NCBI GenBank assembly: GCA_964510205.1
Contig: CAZEBW010000004.1
Location: forward strand, 3,638-67,637
Length of the DNA: 64,000 bases
DNA from: an uncultured Anaerolineae bacterium
GTDB taxonomy: Bacteria; Chloroflexota; Anaerolineae; VGOG01
Reading direction: 5' to 3'
Shown here: piece by piece, positions 28,124-38,888 of the stretch
Numbering within the stretch: position 1 is the first letter of the stretch
Layout: each line of letters starts with the position of its first letter
Notes under the pieces: model-generated
Told to the model about the DNA's origin: nothing
Database searches by the model: none
What the model saw: only the letters and a program-made list of their open reading frames with translations
Program-made: the position numbers and the translations under genes

Positions 28124-29482
28124 ATGCTAACCTACCAAGACGCGCTCGACTACATCTACGGCTTCACCGATTACGAGAAGAAGATCTCCTACCTATACTC
28201 GCCGGAGCACTTCGATCTGGCGCGCGTGGAAAAGCTGTTGGCCTCGCTCGATGACCCCCACCGACGCTTTAAGTCCATTCACATCGCTGGCACCAAGGGC
28301 AAGGGTTCAGTGGCGGCGATGAGCGAATCTGTCCTGCGGGCGGCGGGCTACCGCACGGGTCTCTACACTTCGCCGCACCTGCACACTTTTCGAGAGCGGA
28401 TTCAGGTCAACGGCCAGTTGATTCCCGAGGAAGCGGTGGCTTCTCTCACCGAGCGATTGCAGCCCCTGGTGAGCCAGATCGAGGGCATCACCACCTTCGA
28501 GATCATGACTGCCCTGGGCTTTCTCTTTTTCGCCGAGCAGGGCGTGGAGCTGGCCGTTCTGGAGGTGGGCATGGGCGGCCGACTGGACGCCACCAACGTC
28601 GTGGATCCTCTGGTAGCCGTCATTACCTCCATTAGTTACGATCACACGCGTGTGCTGGGGGAGACCCTGCCCCTGATCGCACGGGAGAAGGCGGGCATTA
28701 TCAAGGACAAGGCTTTGGTGGTCAGTGCGCCCCAGGCGCCGCCGGCCATGGCCGTCATCGAAGAGGTGTGCAGGGAGCGCGATGCCGAGCTGATGGTCGT
28801 CGGCCGAGACTGGACGTGGGAGGCCGGGGAGGCCAACCTGGACGGGCAGTGGTTTGGAGTAACGAGTACCGAGGGACGAGTACCGAGGGACGAGTTCTGG
28901 ATTCCTTTGCTGGGCAGGCACCAGGTGGATAACGCCACCGTCGTCGTGGCCGCTGTGGACAAGCTGCGCCAACGAGGCGTCAACATTCCCCAGGCCAGCA
29001 TCGCCGAGGGCCTGCGGCGGGTTCGCTGGCCGGGACGGCTGGAGATTCTGGGCCGCGAACCCTGGCTGGTGGTGGACGGGGCGCACAACGGCGATTCGGC
29101 GAACAAGTTGGTGGCGGCGATCAAGGCCTTGTTTCCCTATCGGAAGCTGATTCTGGTGTTCGGCGCCCTGGCGGGCCACAGCGCGTCCGATATGCTGCGT
29201 GCCCTCTTGCCAGCGGCGGATGAGGTGATCCTCACCCAGGCCCATCGCATCAGGGCCGTGGCGACATCGGATTTGCTCCGAGAGGCGGAGGCCGTCTCCA
29301 CTTCCAAGACGAAGGCGGCAGTGGTCGCTGAAACAGTGGCCGAGTCCTTAGAACGCGCGTTGGCCCTGGCCGGCCCTGATGATCTGATTTGCGCCACCGG
29401 CTCGTTTTCCATCGTGACTGAAGTGCGCGAGGCCTGGGCCGAGAGGCAGGGCGCGGAGACGCCAGAGCGCGATGTGGGGTAG
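28124..29482 (+). CDS. folC: Bifunctional folylpolyglutamate synthase / dihydrofolate synthase
   Basis: Mur-ligase P-loop IHIAGTKGKGS, collinear with FolC; contains a 14-nt tandem duplication at ~28861-28895. Confidence 0.9.
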   Translation: MLTYQDALDYIYGFTDYEKKISYLYSPEHFDLARVEKLLASLDDPHRRFKSIHIAGTKGKGSVAAMSESVLRAAGYRTGLYTSPHLHTFRERIQVNGQLIPEEAVASLTERLQPLVSQIEGITTFEIMTALGFLFFAEQGVELAVLEVGMGGRLDATNVVDPLVAVITSISYDHTRVLGETLPLIAREKAGIIKDKALVVSAPQAPPAMAVIEEVCRERDAELMVVGRDWTWEAGEANLDGQWFGVTSTEGRVPRDEFWIPLLGRHQVDNATVVVAAVDKLRQRGVNIPQASIAEGLRRVRWPGRLEILGREPWLVVDGAHNGDSANKLVAAIKALFPYRKLILVFGALAGHSASDMLRALLPAADEVILTQAHRIRAVATSDLLREAEAVSTSKTKAAVVAETVAESLERALALAGPDDLICATGSFSIVTEVREAWAERQGAETPERDVG

Positions 29483-29502
29483 AGAGCGATAACGGAGGAG
29501 AG

Positions 29503-31119
29503 TTGATGAAAGCTATACTGTCTCCAAGTGGCAGACGTAAAACGTCAAGCGTGAAACGTGAAACGTCAAACGTAGAACGTCAAGCGTCAGGTGCCAGGGG
29601 TCAAACGTTGAGGTTCAAAGCTATCTTGGCGACCTTGCTGATAAGCTTGGGGGCGCTGATCTTGTGCCAATCCCTGAGGGTGGAAGGGTCGCCCGTCCCC
29701 GCCTCTCCTGTCCTCCAGACTGAGGAGGAGAGGACGGCGGCGAGCGACGCGCCGTATCGGGCCCGCATCGTGATCAGCACTTCCTCTGACTGGACGCGGC
29801 TCTACGTTCGAGGTGGAGAGCGCATTTTGAACGCCAAAACTGCTATCCTGCAGGGCGACGCCGCCACGACGAAAGCGGAGTGGGACGGCGACGAGCTCTA
29901 TTTGGAACAGCCTCTGGCCAATGCTCCAGCCCAGACGGTCAAAGTGCAGTACGATCTGGTGATGACGGGCCTGGACAGTGACGGCCACGTCTTCTTCGAG
30001 AGCCAGAAAGGCGATTTGGGCGTCACCACCACGGAGTTCTACAATTACAGCTCATCTTCCGCTACTCCCATCGCCTCCTGGTCCAATCTGCTGGACAAAG
30101 CGGGCGATCCTTCCAATCCCTTCTCTTTTTCCATAGCCAGTTCCCATTTCACAACGGGTGGTCCCCTGCCCCTGCGGCACGTCTCGCCCAGATTGGTTTT
30201 GGCCTTTTATTATCCCTGGTACGATCTCGATTCCTGGTCGAGCCCAGTTCTCGAGGACCATCCGCTCATGCCTGCTAGTTCCGGCGACGTGGAAGCCATC
30301 ACCAGGCACGTCACCTGGGCACAGCAGCATGGCATTCACGGCTTCATCTCGTCCTGGTGGGGTTCGGGCAACTACCGCGATGCCAATTTCGCCAAGTTGC
30401 TCTCCGTGGCGGAAGGCACCGATTTCAAAGCAACTATCTACTTCGAAACCCTGGGCGAACGTTTCAGGACCCCCCAGGACGTTGTTCATCAGTTGGAGTA
30501 CGTCCTGGATTCCTACAGCGATCACCCCAACTTCCTGCGCTATCGGGGCCAGCCGGTGATTTTTCTTTACGCTGTGGACCACGTAGCCAGAGAGCCCGGC
30601 CAACCCCCCCTTCAGTCCTGGCAAGCCATACTGGGGCAGATGCGGGCTGATGGTTACGATGCAGTGTGGCTCGGCCAGACCTTCGATCCCAGCTATCTGC
30701 AGGTGTTCGACGGCCTGCACGCCTACGGCTTCTATGCCCCAGATATGGCTGAGGTGTACGCTTCGGTTTCGGGCCAGGTGAGGAGCTATCAATTCCTGCA
30801 CGACCCGACCGCCGAGCGGAAGATCTGGGCGCCAGCGGTCATGCCGGGCTATGACGACGACCTGTTGGGCCGCCCAGGTTCCTGGTATCTGGATCGAGCC
30901 GGTGGGGACGCCTACGGCTTCACTTTCCAAGCGGCCATTCAGTCCCAGGCCGATTGGATCGTCATCACCAGCTTCAACGAGTGGTGGGAGCACACTCACA
31001 TCGAGCCCAGCGACCGCTACGGGTTCACTTATCTGGGGCTGACTAAGGAGTGGTCGGACGCTTTTCTGGCTGGAGCTCCTCAACTCACTTTCCTGCCCCT
31101 GATCACCAAGAACTGGTAG
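29503..31119 (+). CDS. Secreted putative glycoside hydrolase, GH99-like (endo-alpha-mannosidase family); true start probably TTG at 29608
   Basis: FYYPWYD...HGFISSWWG...ITSFNEWWEHTHIE resemble GH99 motifs. The first 35 codons are encoded by the heptamer array; a signal peptide MRFKAILATLLISLGALILC follows the TTG. Confidence 0.45.
   Translation: MMKAILSPSGRRKTSSVKRETSNVERQASGARGQTLRFKAILATLLISLGALILCQSLRVEGSPVPASPVLQTEEERTAASDAPYRARIVISTSSDWTRLYVRGGERILNAKTAILQGDAATTKAEWDGDELYLEQPLANAPAQTVKVQYDLVMTGLDSDGHVFFESQKGDLGVTTTEFYNYSSSSATPIASWSNLLDKAGDPSNPFSFSIASSHFTTGGPLPLRHVSPRLVLAFYYPWYDLDSWSSPVLEDHPLMPASSGDVEAITRHVTWAQQHGIHGFISSWWGSGNYRDANFAKLLSVAEGTDFKATIYFETLGERFRTPQDVVHQLEYVLDSYSDHPNFLRYRGQPVIFLYAVDHVAREPGQPPLQSWQAILGQMRADGYDAVWLGQTFDPSYLQVFDGLHAYGFYAPDMAEVYASVSGQVRSYQFLHDPTAERKIWAPAVMPGYDDDLLGRPGSWYLDRAGGDAYGFTFQAAIQSQADWIVITSFNEWWEHTHIEPSDRYGFTYLGLTKEWSDAFLAGAPQLTFLPLITKNW
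29534..29590. repeat. Heptamer tandem array CGTGAAA/CGTCAAG x7 (inverse orientation of the 27923 array), immediately after folC
   Basis: gacgtaaaacgtcaagcgtgaaacgtgaaacgtcaaacgtagaacgtcaagcgtcag; together with 27923-27975 it forms inverted repeats bracketing folC. Confidence 0.85.
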
Positions 31120-31159
31120 GTCAATCTAGACTCTACTGAAAGAAGGTGAACTGCTGGCA

Positions 31160-31208
31160 AGACCCTAAAGGTTTCCAAAACCTTTAGGGTCTCCACGCTG
31201 CTTTTTTC
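31160..31208 (+). terminator. Putative terminator after the GH gene
   Basis: agaccctaaaggttt-cca-aaacctttagggtct hairpin, T-tract ctttttt ~10 nt downstream. Confidence 0.45.
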
Positions 31209-31247
31209 GGGGGAGTCAATCTATCAAACTATTGGAGGCTTAGCTGA

Positions 31248-33704
31248 ATGTCGGATACCGATATGGACAAACTTCTTGAGGAGGGAGGCTTCTTGGCCGT
31301 CAGTGGCCGGCGAGCCGAAGGAGTCCTTCAGAATGCTTGGGAGGAGGTGCGTGAAGCAACCAACGAAATCGCTGAATATCCCTTGCTTCCCCTGCGCGAT
31401 ACGGTGGTTTTCCCGCACATGGTCACCCCGCTCTTTGTGGGCCGCGATCGCTCGCTGAAGGCTGTGGAGGCGGCGATGGCTACCGATGGCATCATCGTCG
31501 TGGCGGCCCAGAAGGATGCCGAAATCGAAGAGCCAGGCTGTGATGACATCTACGCCGTCGGCACCGAGATGACTATCGCCCGCATGTGGCACCTGCCCGA
31601 CGGCACGACCAACATCTGGGGGAAGGGCACGCGAAGGGTCGAGATCCTCAATTGCGTGCACGTTGACCCCTACATCAAAGTGAGAGTCAGGAACATAGTG
31701 GAACCCAGCGAGGAGGATCTGTCCACTCAGGCCCTGATGCGCGCCGTGCTGGCTCTGTTCGAAAAGTGTGTGCAACTGGACCGCAATCTGCCCGAAGACG
31801 CTTACGTGATCGCCCTGAACATTGACGAGCCGGGGTGGTTGGCAGACCTGGTTGCTTCTGCCCTGAACATAGATATCGAAAAACGCCAGGAAGTGCTGGA
31901 GACCATTCAGCCGCTCAGCCGCCTGCAGCGATTGAGCATCCTTCTGGCCCAGGAGCTGGACGTCCTGGAGCTGGAGGACCGCATCCACGCTCAGGTCCAG
32001 GAAGAGGTGGACAAGTCTCAGCGCGAGTATTTCCTGCGCCAGCAAATGAAGGCCATCCAGACCGAGTTGGGCGAGATTGATGGCCAGTTCCAAGAGGTCA
32101 ACGAGCTGAAGGAGAAGATCGCCGCCATCGGGATGCCGCAGGAGGTGCGCGAGAAGGCGGAGAAGGAGCTTGGCCGTCTCTCTTCCATGCCCGTCGCCTC
32201 TCCTGAGGTGAGCGTCATTCGCACCTACCTCGATTGGTTGATCGAATTACCGTGGAGCGAGGACACCAACAATAACATGGACATCGCGGCTGCAGCCCAG
32301 GTGTTGGAAGAAAGCCACTATGGCCTGGACAAAGCCAAGGAGCGCATTTTGGAATACATGGCCGTCCGCAAGCTGGCCGGCGAGAAAATGCGCAGCCCGA
32401 TCTTGTGCTTCGTGGGGCCGCCGGGAACGGGCAAGACCTCCCTCGGCAAAGCCATCGCTCAGGCGTTGGGAAGGAAGTTCGTGCGGGTCAGCCTGGGCGG
32501 CGTCCGAGATGAGGCGGAGATACGGGGGCACCGGCGCACTTACGTGGGCTCTATGCCGGGCCGCGTCATCCAGACCATGCGCCGCGCCGGAACCCTCAAC
32601 CCCCTCTTCATGCTGGACGAGATAGACAAAATGGGCGTTGACTTTCGGGGCGATCCCTCGGCCGCCCTGCTGGAGGTGTTAGACCCTGAGCAGAACCACG
32701 CTTTCTCCGATCACTACCTGGACGTGAACTATGACCTGTCAAAAGTGATGTTCATCACCACGGCCAATATCCTCGACCCCGTCCCGCCTGCCCTGCGTGA
32801 CCGTATGGAGGTCATCGAGTTCCCCGGCTACATCGAGGAGGAGAAGCTGGAGATCGCCAGGCGATTTCTCTGCCCCCGGCAGTTGACGGAAAATGGCTTG
32901 GACGATACGGAGCTCCACTTTTCAGATGAAGCATTGCGTCACATCATCCGCGAGTATACTTACGAAGCTGGGGTGCGCAATCTGGAGCGAGAGATCGCCA
33001 ATGTGTGTCGCAAAGTAGCCCGGCGAGTGGCTGATGGCGGGCCGCCCGCCCAGCGCGTCACCATCCAGTCGCTGCCCAAATATCTAGGCCCGCCGCAGTT
33101 TACCTACGGCCTGGCTGAGGAAGAAGACGAGATCGGGGTGGCTATGGGCATCGCCTGGACGGAGGCTGGCGGAGACATCATGCCCGTGGAAGTGAGCCTG
33201 ATGGAGGGCAAGGGGAATCTCATGCTGACTGGCCAGTTGGGCGAGGTGATGCAGGAGTCGGGCCAGGCGGCGCTTTCCTATGCCCGTTCTCACGCCGAGG
33301 CGTTGGGCATCCAGGGGCAGGACTTCGATAAGCTGGACATCCACATCCACGTGCCAGAAGGGGCCATCCCCAAGGACGGGCCTTCGGCGGGAATCACCAT
33401 GTCCACGGCCCTCATCTCGGCCTTAGCCCACCGTCCCGTCCGCCACGATGTGGGCATGACGGGCGAGATCACCCTGCGGGGGCGGGTGCTGCCCGTGGGC
33501 GGCATCAAGGAGAAGGTGCTGGCCGCCCACCGCGCCGGGCTGAAAACCGTCATCCTGCCCAAGAGAAACGAAAAGGACATGGTCGAAATTCCTAACAAGG
33601 TCAAACGGGACCTGGAGTTCATCTTCGTGGAGCGAATGGATGAGGTGCTGGCCGCGGCTCTGCTGCCGGCAGACAAGAAGCGCAAGAAGAGGTCCCTACA
33701 CTGA
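31248..33704 (+). CDS. lon: ATP-dependent Lon protease
   Basis: LON N-domain, AAA+ Walker [10 protein letters not shown], protease domain with catalytic S ([11 protein letters not shown]) and K. Confidence 0.95.
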   Translation: MSDTDMDKLLEEGGFLAVSGRRAEGVLQNAWEEVREATNEIAEYPLLPLRDTVVFPHMVTPLFVGRDRSLKAVEAAMATDGIIVVAAQKDAEIEEPGCDDIYAVGTEMTIARMWHLPDGTTNIWGKGTRRVEILNCVHVDPYIKVRVRNIVEPSEEDLSTQALMRAVLALFEKCVQLDRNLPEDAYVIALNIDEPGWLADLVASALNIDIEKRQEVLETIQPLSRLQRLSILLAQELDVLELEDRIHAQVQEEVDKSQREYFLRQQMKAIQTELGEIDGQFQEVNELKEKIAAIGMPQEVREKAEKELGRLSSMPVASPEVSVIRTYLDWLIELPWSEDTNNNMDIAAAAQVLEESHYGLDKAKERILEYMAVRKLAGEKMRSPILCFVGPPGTGKTSLGKAIAQALGRKFVRVSLGGVRDEAEIRGHRRTYVGSMPGRVIQTMRRAGTLNPLFMLDEIDKMGVDFRGDPSAALLEVLDPEQNHAFSDHYLDVNYDLSKVMFITTANILDPVPPALRDRMEVIEFPGYIEEEKLEIARRFLCPRQLTENGLDDTELHFSDEALRHIIREYTYEAGVRNLEREIANVCRKVARRVADGGPPAQRVTIQSLPKYLGPPQFTYGLAEEEDEIGVAMGIAWTEAGGDIMPVEVSLMEGKGNLMLTGQLGEVMQESGQAALSYARSHAEALGIQGQDFDKLDIHIHVPEGAIPKDGPSAGITMSTALISALAHRPVRHDVGMTGEITLRGRVLPVGGIKEKVLAAHRAGLKTVILPKRNEKDMVEIPNKVKRDLEFIFVERMDEVLAAALLPADKKRKKRSLH

Positions 33705-33781
33705 GAGGCGCGCAATCGAGCGTGATCCTGCCTGGGTGAAGGGGCAGCGGCTGGCACGGGCGATTTACGAAAGGCGGAACA

Positions 33782-34810
33782 ATGATATCGGTCATTAGAA
33801 AAGCAGTTCTCCTGGGCGTGGTACTGGGCCTGCTGAGCCTTGCTGGCTGCGACTTCGGCGACCTGTTGGCAGGGAGAGGGACGCCGACGCCGAACATACC
33901 TGATCTCAGTGAGCTGGTCCCCGATGACTGGACCATCGAGAAAAGAGTGGAAGTAGACGTTGACGGGGACAGCGAGGTCGAGTGGCTCGTCATCTACCGC
34001 TACGACAAATCTCCCAGAGGCTTCGGCGGCCCTCTGGGGGGCGTGATTTATGACCGCCAGCCCGACAGGTCGCCCGAGAATCTGGCCACGCCGGAGCCGT
34101 ACCGGCCGTCCATTCTGGTGGCTTACCACCTCTTGCCGGGGAAGGGCGGAAAGGGCTATTTGGGGGAAAACCTGGGCGGCGAGGATACGCCCTGGCCTAG
34201 AGTGGCGCAATATGATGCCAACGGGGATGGCCGCGAGGAACTGGTGATCCTGGGCTACTCCTTTCCCGGTTTCCCCACTAGCCTGGCCATCTTCCGTTGG
34301 GTGGATAGGCAGAGAGGCTATGAGACTCTGATCCGCACAGAGGGCGAGGGCGCAGACGTGCTGTGGGGCGATGCCGGGGTCGAGCTGAAACCCGCCTTTG
34401 GCGAGGGGCCTATAGGAACGGTCATCGTGAGAAGCAGGCTGCATCACCCCTACTGGTATCTGCGTAGTCAGATTGGCCGCCGAATCGTTTACGAGTGGGA
34501 TGATGCCCAGACGAAGCTGGTGAAGAAATCCGAAAACATTGATTTCGTCTTTGGTCGCCCTCGGGGCGCCGAGCAGTCCAAGCAGAAGCAGTACCCCGTG
34601 GCCTATCCCGAGGCTGCCGTGCTGGCGTACTACGAAGATGGGCGCATAGAGGACATCGTTGCTGTGCAGGAAAACGAGGACGGGGAGGCTAAGGTGAACG
34701 TGCGACTGACGGTTGATGGCCAGCTTGTGGAGGATGTCTGTAGCCTCACCAGGAAATCCACCGGAAAGGTGAAGGACGTGACAAAGTGGGAGGTGAGTTG
34801 TCCGGAATGA
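33782..34810 (+). CDS. Hypothetical lipoprotein
   Basis: Signal peptide + lipobox LSLAGC. Confidence 0.5.
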   Translation: MISVIRKAVLLGVVLGLLSLAGCDFGDLLAGRGTPTPNIPDLSELVPDDWTIEKRVEVDVDGDSEVEWLVIYRYDKSPRGFGGPLGGVIYDRQPDRSPENLATPEPYRPSILVAYHLLPGKGGKGYLGENLGGEDTPWPRVAQYDANGDGREELVILGYSFPGFPTSLAIFRWVDRQRGYETLIRTEGEGADVLWGDAGVELKPAFGEGPIGTVIVRSRLHHPYWYLRSQIGRRIVYEWDDAQTKLVKKSENIDFVFGRPRGAEQSKQKQYPVAYPEAAVLAYYEDGRIEDIVAVQENEDGEAKVNVRLTVDGQLVEDVCSLTRKSTGKVKDVTKWEVSCPE

Positions 34811-34815
34811 TGTCT

Positions 34816-34890
34816 GTGATTCGTAGGTTCGTAGATTCGTAAATTCGTGGGTTCGTAGATTCGTAAGTTCGTAGATTCGTGTTACCGACT
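34816..34890. repeat. Tandem array of 8-mers RTTCGTRR x8
   Basis: gattcgtaggttcgtagattcgtaaattcgtgggttcgtagattcgtaagttcgtagattcgtg. Confidence 0.9.
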
Positions 34891-34902
34891 GGAGGAGGCT
34901 GA

Positions 34903-36216
<1,314 letters not shown>

Positions 36217-36225
36217 TGATTTGAC

Positions 36226-36254
36226 ATCAGGCCCGATTAACGGTACAATAGAAG
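36226..36254 (+). promoter_or_regulatory. Candidate sigma70 promoter (TTGACA-17-TACAAT)
   Basis: ttgacatcaggcccgattaacggtacaat upstream of 36345. Confidence 0.4.
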
Positions 36255-36344
36255 GTGATGTTATATTCTCTTGCTTGGGCTCGGTCTGAGACCTTCGCCC
36301 AACGGAGGATGTCGGTTCTGGGCTGTCCAAGTTAGGAGGATCAC

Positions 36345-36695
36345 ATGCGAGCTACTTTACCCAAAATACCCCAGAGTGTGGAGCGAACCCTCGGCCCAGA
36401 GGCGACGGGTGACTTGAGCCAGTGGTTCGAGATTGTTCTGGTTGAACACGCCGTGCGTCGTGACGAGTATCGTGAGGTGCTTTCACGTCTGGACATCCTA
36501 GAGCACGACGTCGCCGATGTGAAGGACGGAATCACCGACCTGCACCGCACAATGGATGATCGCTTCGATCGGATGAACGAGCGCTTCGATGAAATGTACA
36601 GGCACATCAGCACCATGACCCGCTGGACGGTGGGGACGCTGGCTCTGTTGGGCACCATCATGACCATCCTGATGGCTATCGCTCAGTTCACCTGA
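36345..36695 (+). CDS. Hypothetical coiled-coil protein with C-terminal transmembrane anchor
   Basis: 116 aa; C-terminal WTVGTLALLGTIMTILMAIAQF. Confidence 0.45.
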   Translation: MRATLPKIPQSVERTLGPEATGDLSQWFEIVLVEHAVRRDEYREVLSRLDILEHDVADVKDGITDLHRTMDDRFDRMNERFDEMYRHISTMTRWTVGTLALLGTIMTILMAIAQFT

Positions 36696-36737
36696 TTACA
36701 ACTAGCTTCTTGCATAAACGGCAGGGATTTCATCCAG

Positions 36738-36776
36738 AAAAGCCACCAGAGGTCTTACCTCTGGTGGCTTTTTGTC
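36738..36776 (+). terminator. Rho-independent terminator
   Basis: aaagccaccagagg-tctta-cctctggtggcttt + ttgt. Confidence 0.65.
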
Positions 36777-36784
36777 TTGGAGAG

Positions 36785-36864
36785 CCCACCCTCCCCTAGC
36801 CCCTCCCTGTGAGGGAGGGGAACATCATGCTCCTCCCCCTCGGAGGGGGAGGCTGGGTGGGGGA
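36785..36864. repeat. GC-rich nested palindromes (C-tract / G-tract hairpins)
   Basis: cccaccctcccc...cccctccctgtgagggagggg...ccccctcggaggggg...ggctgggtggggg. Confidence 0.45.
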
Positions 36865-36905
36865 GCTTCAGTAGATCACAGTCGCTCGCGGTGGATTGCC
36901 AAATC
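36865..36905 (-). other. Conserved ~40-nt motif, copy 1 (second copy at 57547-57586), in the 3' region of a minus-strand glycan gene
   Basis: gcttcagtagatcacagtcgctcgcggtggattgccaaatc vs gcttcagtagatcgcggtcgctcccgttgaattgccaaacc (~33/40 identical). Confidence 0.4.
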
Positions 36906-36973
36906 CACCGCCAAACCGCTGGATCTGGCGATCCAGCGGGAGCAAATTGTGATGTACTGAGCTTCGATGATTT

Positions 36974-38437
36974 CTAGACAGACTCTTCCAGCTCCGGACG
37001 AGCCTCTTCTGTCAGCCTGGCGGCAGCCACCGCCAAACCGATGTACAGCCAGAACAGGGCCACGGCGTGGGGGAAGCTGAAGAGGTAATGGTCGAGGATG
37101 CCGCCTATCAGTCCCCCCACCACGGCTGTTTGAAGACCCAACAGGATGGCCTCCAAACGCGGATCGTGCTCCATGTTTTTCCAACTGCGCCAGGTATACC
37201 TGAAGAAGATGGCCATGATGACCAAGAACACGCCCAGCCCCACCAGGCCCATCTCCTCGGCGATGAGCAGGTAGAGGCTGGATACGCCCAGGTAGATGTC
37301 TATATCGGGCGTGCCGATGAAGCCTACGCCGATCCAGGGGTAGCGGCTGATGAGGATGAAGGCGTCTTTGTACTCCCCCAGACGCATTTGGCTGGCCAGG
37401 TCTTGAAACTGCACTCCCTCGGTGAAGTGTATGACGTATTCTCGCGTCTGCGGCAGGAGCAGGACGAGCAGGCCCGCAGCAGCCAGCACGGGCAACAGGC
37501 GGCGATACTTGATCACGGCCAGCAGGACCAGGGCGCAGCCGAGGCCGGCCATTGAGCCTCGCGAGAAGGTCAGAATCAGACAGAGGCCCATCGCCGCCAA
37601 CATGGGTGCGGCCAATGTGCGCTTCAGGAGCGGGCGCCGCGTGAAAAGCTGGGGGACGGTCAGCGACGCCACCAGGATCAACAGGCCGCCCAAAATGTTG
37701 GGGTCCACGGAGGTGCCGATGGCCCGCATGGGCAGCGAGGGGTCGTCGCGGATGAAGCGCAGCACCCCCCAGCCGGCCGGGTAGTTGAAGACGCGCAGGG
37801 CGGAGAGGAGGCGGACGGTGAGGGCGCGGGGCAGGAGATAGAGCACCACGCCAATCAGGGCTTCCCCGAAGCCGGCCAAGATGATGACCAGCACCAACTG
37901 CTCCAGCTCCTTGCGGGTGCGCACGCAGTTGACCGTTACGAAAAACAGGGCGATGCCCATGATGATCTCGGCGAAGCGGCGCACGGCGTTGGGCGTGGGA
38001 CTGGCGTGGGCCAGGCCGGCCACGAAGGAGACGAAGGCCAGGAACAGGAAAATGACGATGGGCAGGGCCAAAGGGGAGGTCACGAACTCCTGCTGCTGGC
38101 CGGTGACCAGGTGGGCCAGCCAGACGGCGAACAGCACCGCCAGCACCAGGTTCGGAAAAGTGGGGGTGAAGCCGATCTTGATGGGCAGGGCGCCGAAGGG
38201 CAGCAGGCAGACGATGCCGATGAGGGCCATGAAGCCGAATTGAGTGCTCTGCAACATCATCAGTCCGCTGACAAGCGCCATCACCAGGGCCGCCGTGATC
38301 AGCGGGCCGGGATAGGCGATCAGCCATCCCCCGATGATTCCCAGCGCCAGGCAGAGGGCTATCACCGCCAGGGCCACCACCCAGCGCTTGTCGGATACGA
38401 AAATGGATTGTAGGCGGTTGTAGGTGGAGTTTTGCAT
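36974..38437 (-). CDS. O-antigen ligase / O-antigen polymerase family membrane protein
   Basis: 487 aa, ~11 TM helices with a large periplasmic loop typical of the Wzy_C family. Confidence 0.55.
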   Translation of the reverse strand: MQNSTYNRLQSIFVSDKRWVVALAVIALCLALGIIGGWLIAYPGPLITAALVMALVSGLMMLQSTQFGFMALIGIVCLLPFGALPIKIGFTPTFPNLVLAVLFAVWLAHLVTGQQQEFVTSPLALPIVIFLFLAFVSFVAGLAHASPTPNAVRRFAEIIMGIALFFVTVNCVRTRKELEQLVLVIILAGFGEALIGVVLYLLPRALTVRLLSALRVFNYPAGWGVLRFIRDDPSLPMRAIGTSVDPNILGGLLILVASLTVPQLFTRRPLLKRTLAAPMLAAMGLCLILTFSRGSMAGLGCALVLLAVIKYRRLLPVLAAAGLLVLLLPQTREYVIHFTEGVQFQDLASQMRLGEYKDAFILISRYPWIGVGFIGTPDIDIYLGVSSLYLLIAEEMGLVGLGVFLVIMAIFFRYTWRSWKNMEHDPRLEAILLGLQTAVVGGLIGGILDHYLFSFPHAVALFWLYIGLAVAAARLTEEARPELEESV

Positions 38438-38448
38438 AAAGACCTCCG

Positions 38449-38580
38449 GGGTTCGTAGATTCGTAAATTCGTAAATTCGTAAATTCGTAGATTCGTAGAT
38501 TCGTGGGTTCGTGGATTTGATCCCGAATTTATGAGTCCCGAGTCTACGAATCTACCAGTTTCACGTTTCACGTTTTACGG
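38449..38580. repeat. Composite repeat block: TTCGTAR x9 direct, inverted partial copy, then TTTCACG x3
   Basis: gttcgtagattcgtaaattcgtaaattcgtaaattcgtagattcgtagattcgtgggttcgtgg ... tctacgaatctac ... tttcacgtttcacgttttacg. Confidence 0.9.
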
Positions 38581-38800
38581 TAATGGTGACAGGCAGTAGG
38601 ATTCTGTTGTCCTTTATCTCTCCATCATCTCCCAAGATTGGCAATCGTTGCTCTGTCGCCAGTTCGTACATTCCGACCTCCAGCCAATGTGGTCCCGCTG
38701 GAGTGTCCTCTCGGACAGTCAGGATGTACTCGTCTTCGATGACCTCGCCGACGTCCCAGACGGAAGTGGGATAATCGCCCTCCAAAGGCTGGCTGTCCAT
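38561..38800 (-). pseudogene. Orphan 79-aa ORF homologous to the C-terminal repeat domain of the adjacent GT-C proteins (likely gene remnant)
   Basis: WLEVGMYELATEQRLPILGDDGEIKDNRILLPVTITV parallels EVGLYLAETGNRLDLLDQDGRLMGNRILLSKVRIV at the C-termini of the paralogs. Confidence 0.4.
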
Positions 38801-38814
38801 CTGCCCCCAGATGT

Positions 38815-38888
38815 GCGCCGCGACGTCATGTGATGAAGCCGCCGCGACGTCATATGATGAAGCGGCCTCGACGTCATATGATTAAGCG
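38815..38888. repeat. 24-nt tandem repeat x3 (GCCGCGACGTCATRTGATGAAGCS) with internal GACGTC / CATATG palindromes
   Basis: Read directly between the remnant ORF and the GT-C gene. Confidence 0.8.

Noticed and set aside
36772-36960. Small ORF 36772-36960
   Set aside because: Lies entirely within terminator, GC-rich palindromes and conserved-motif DNA; it is a translation artefact of structured non-coding sequence.
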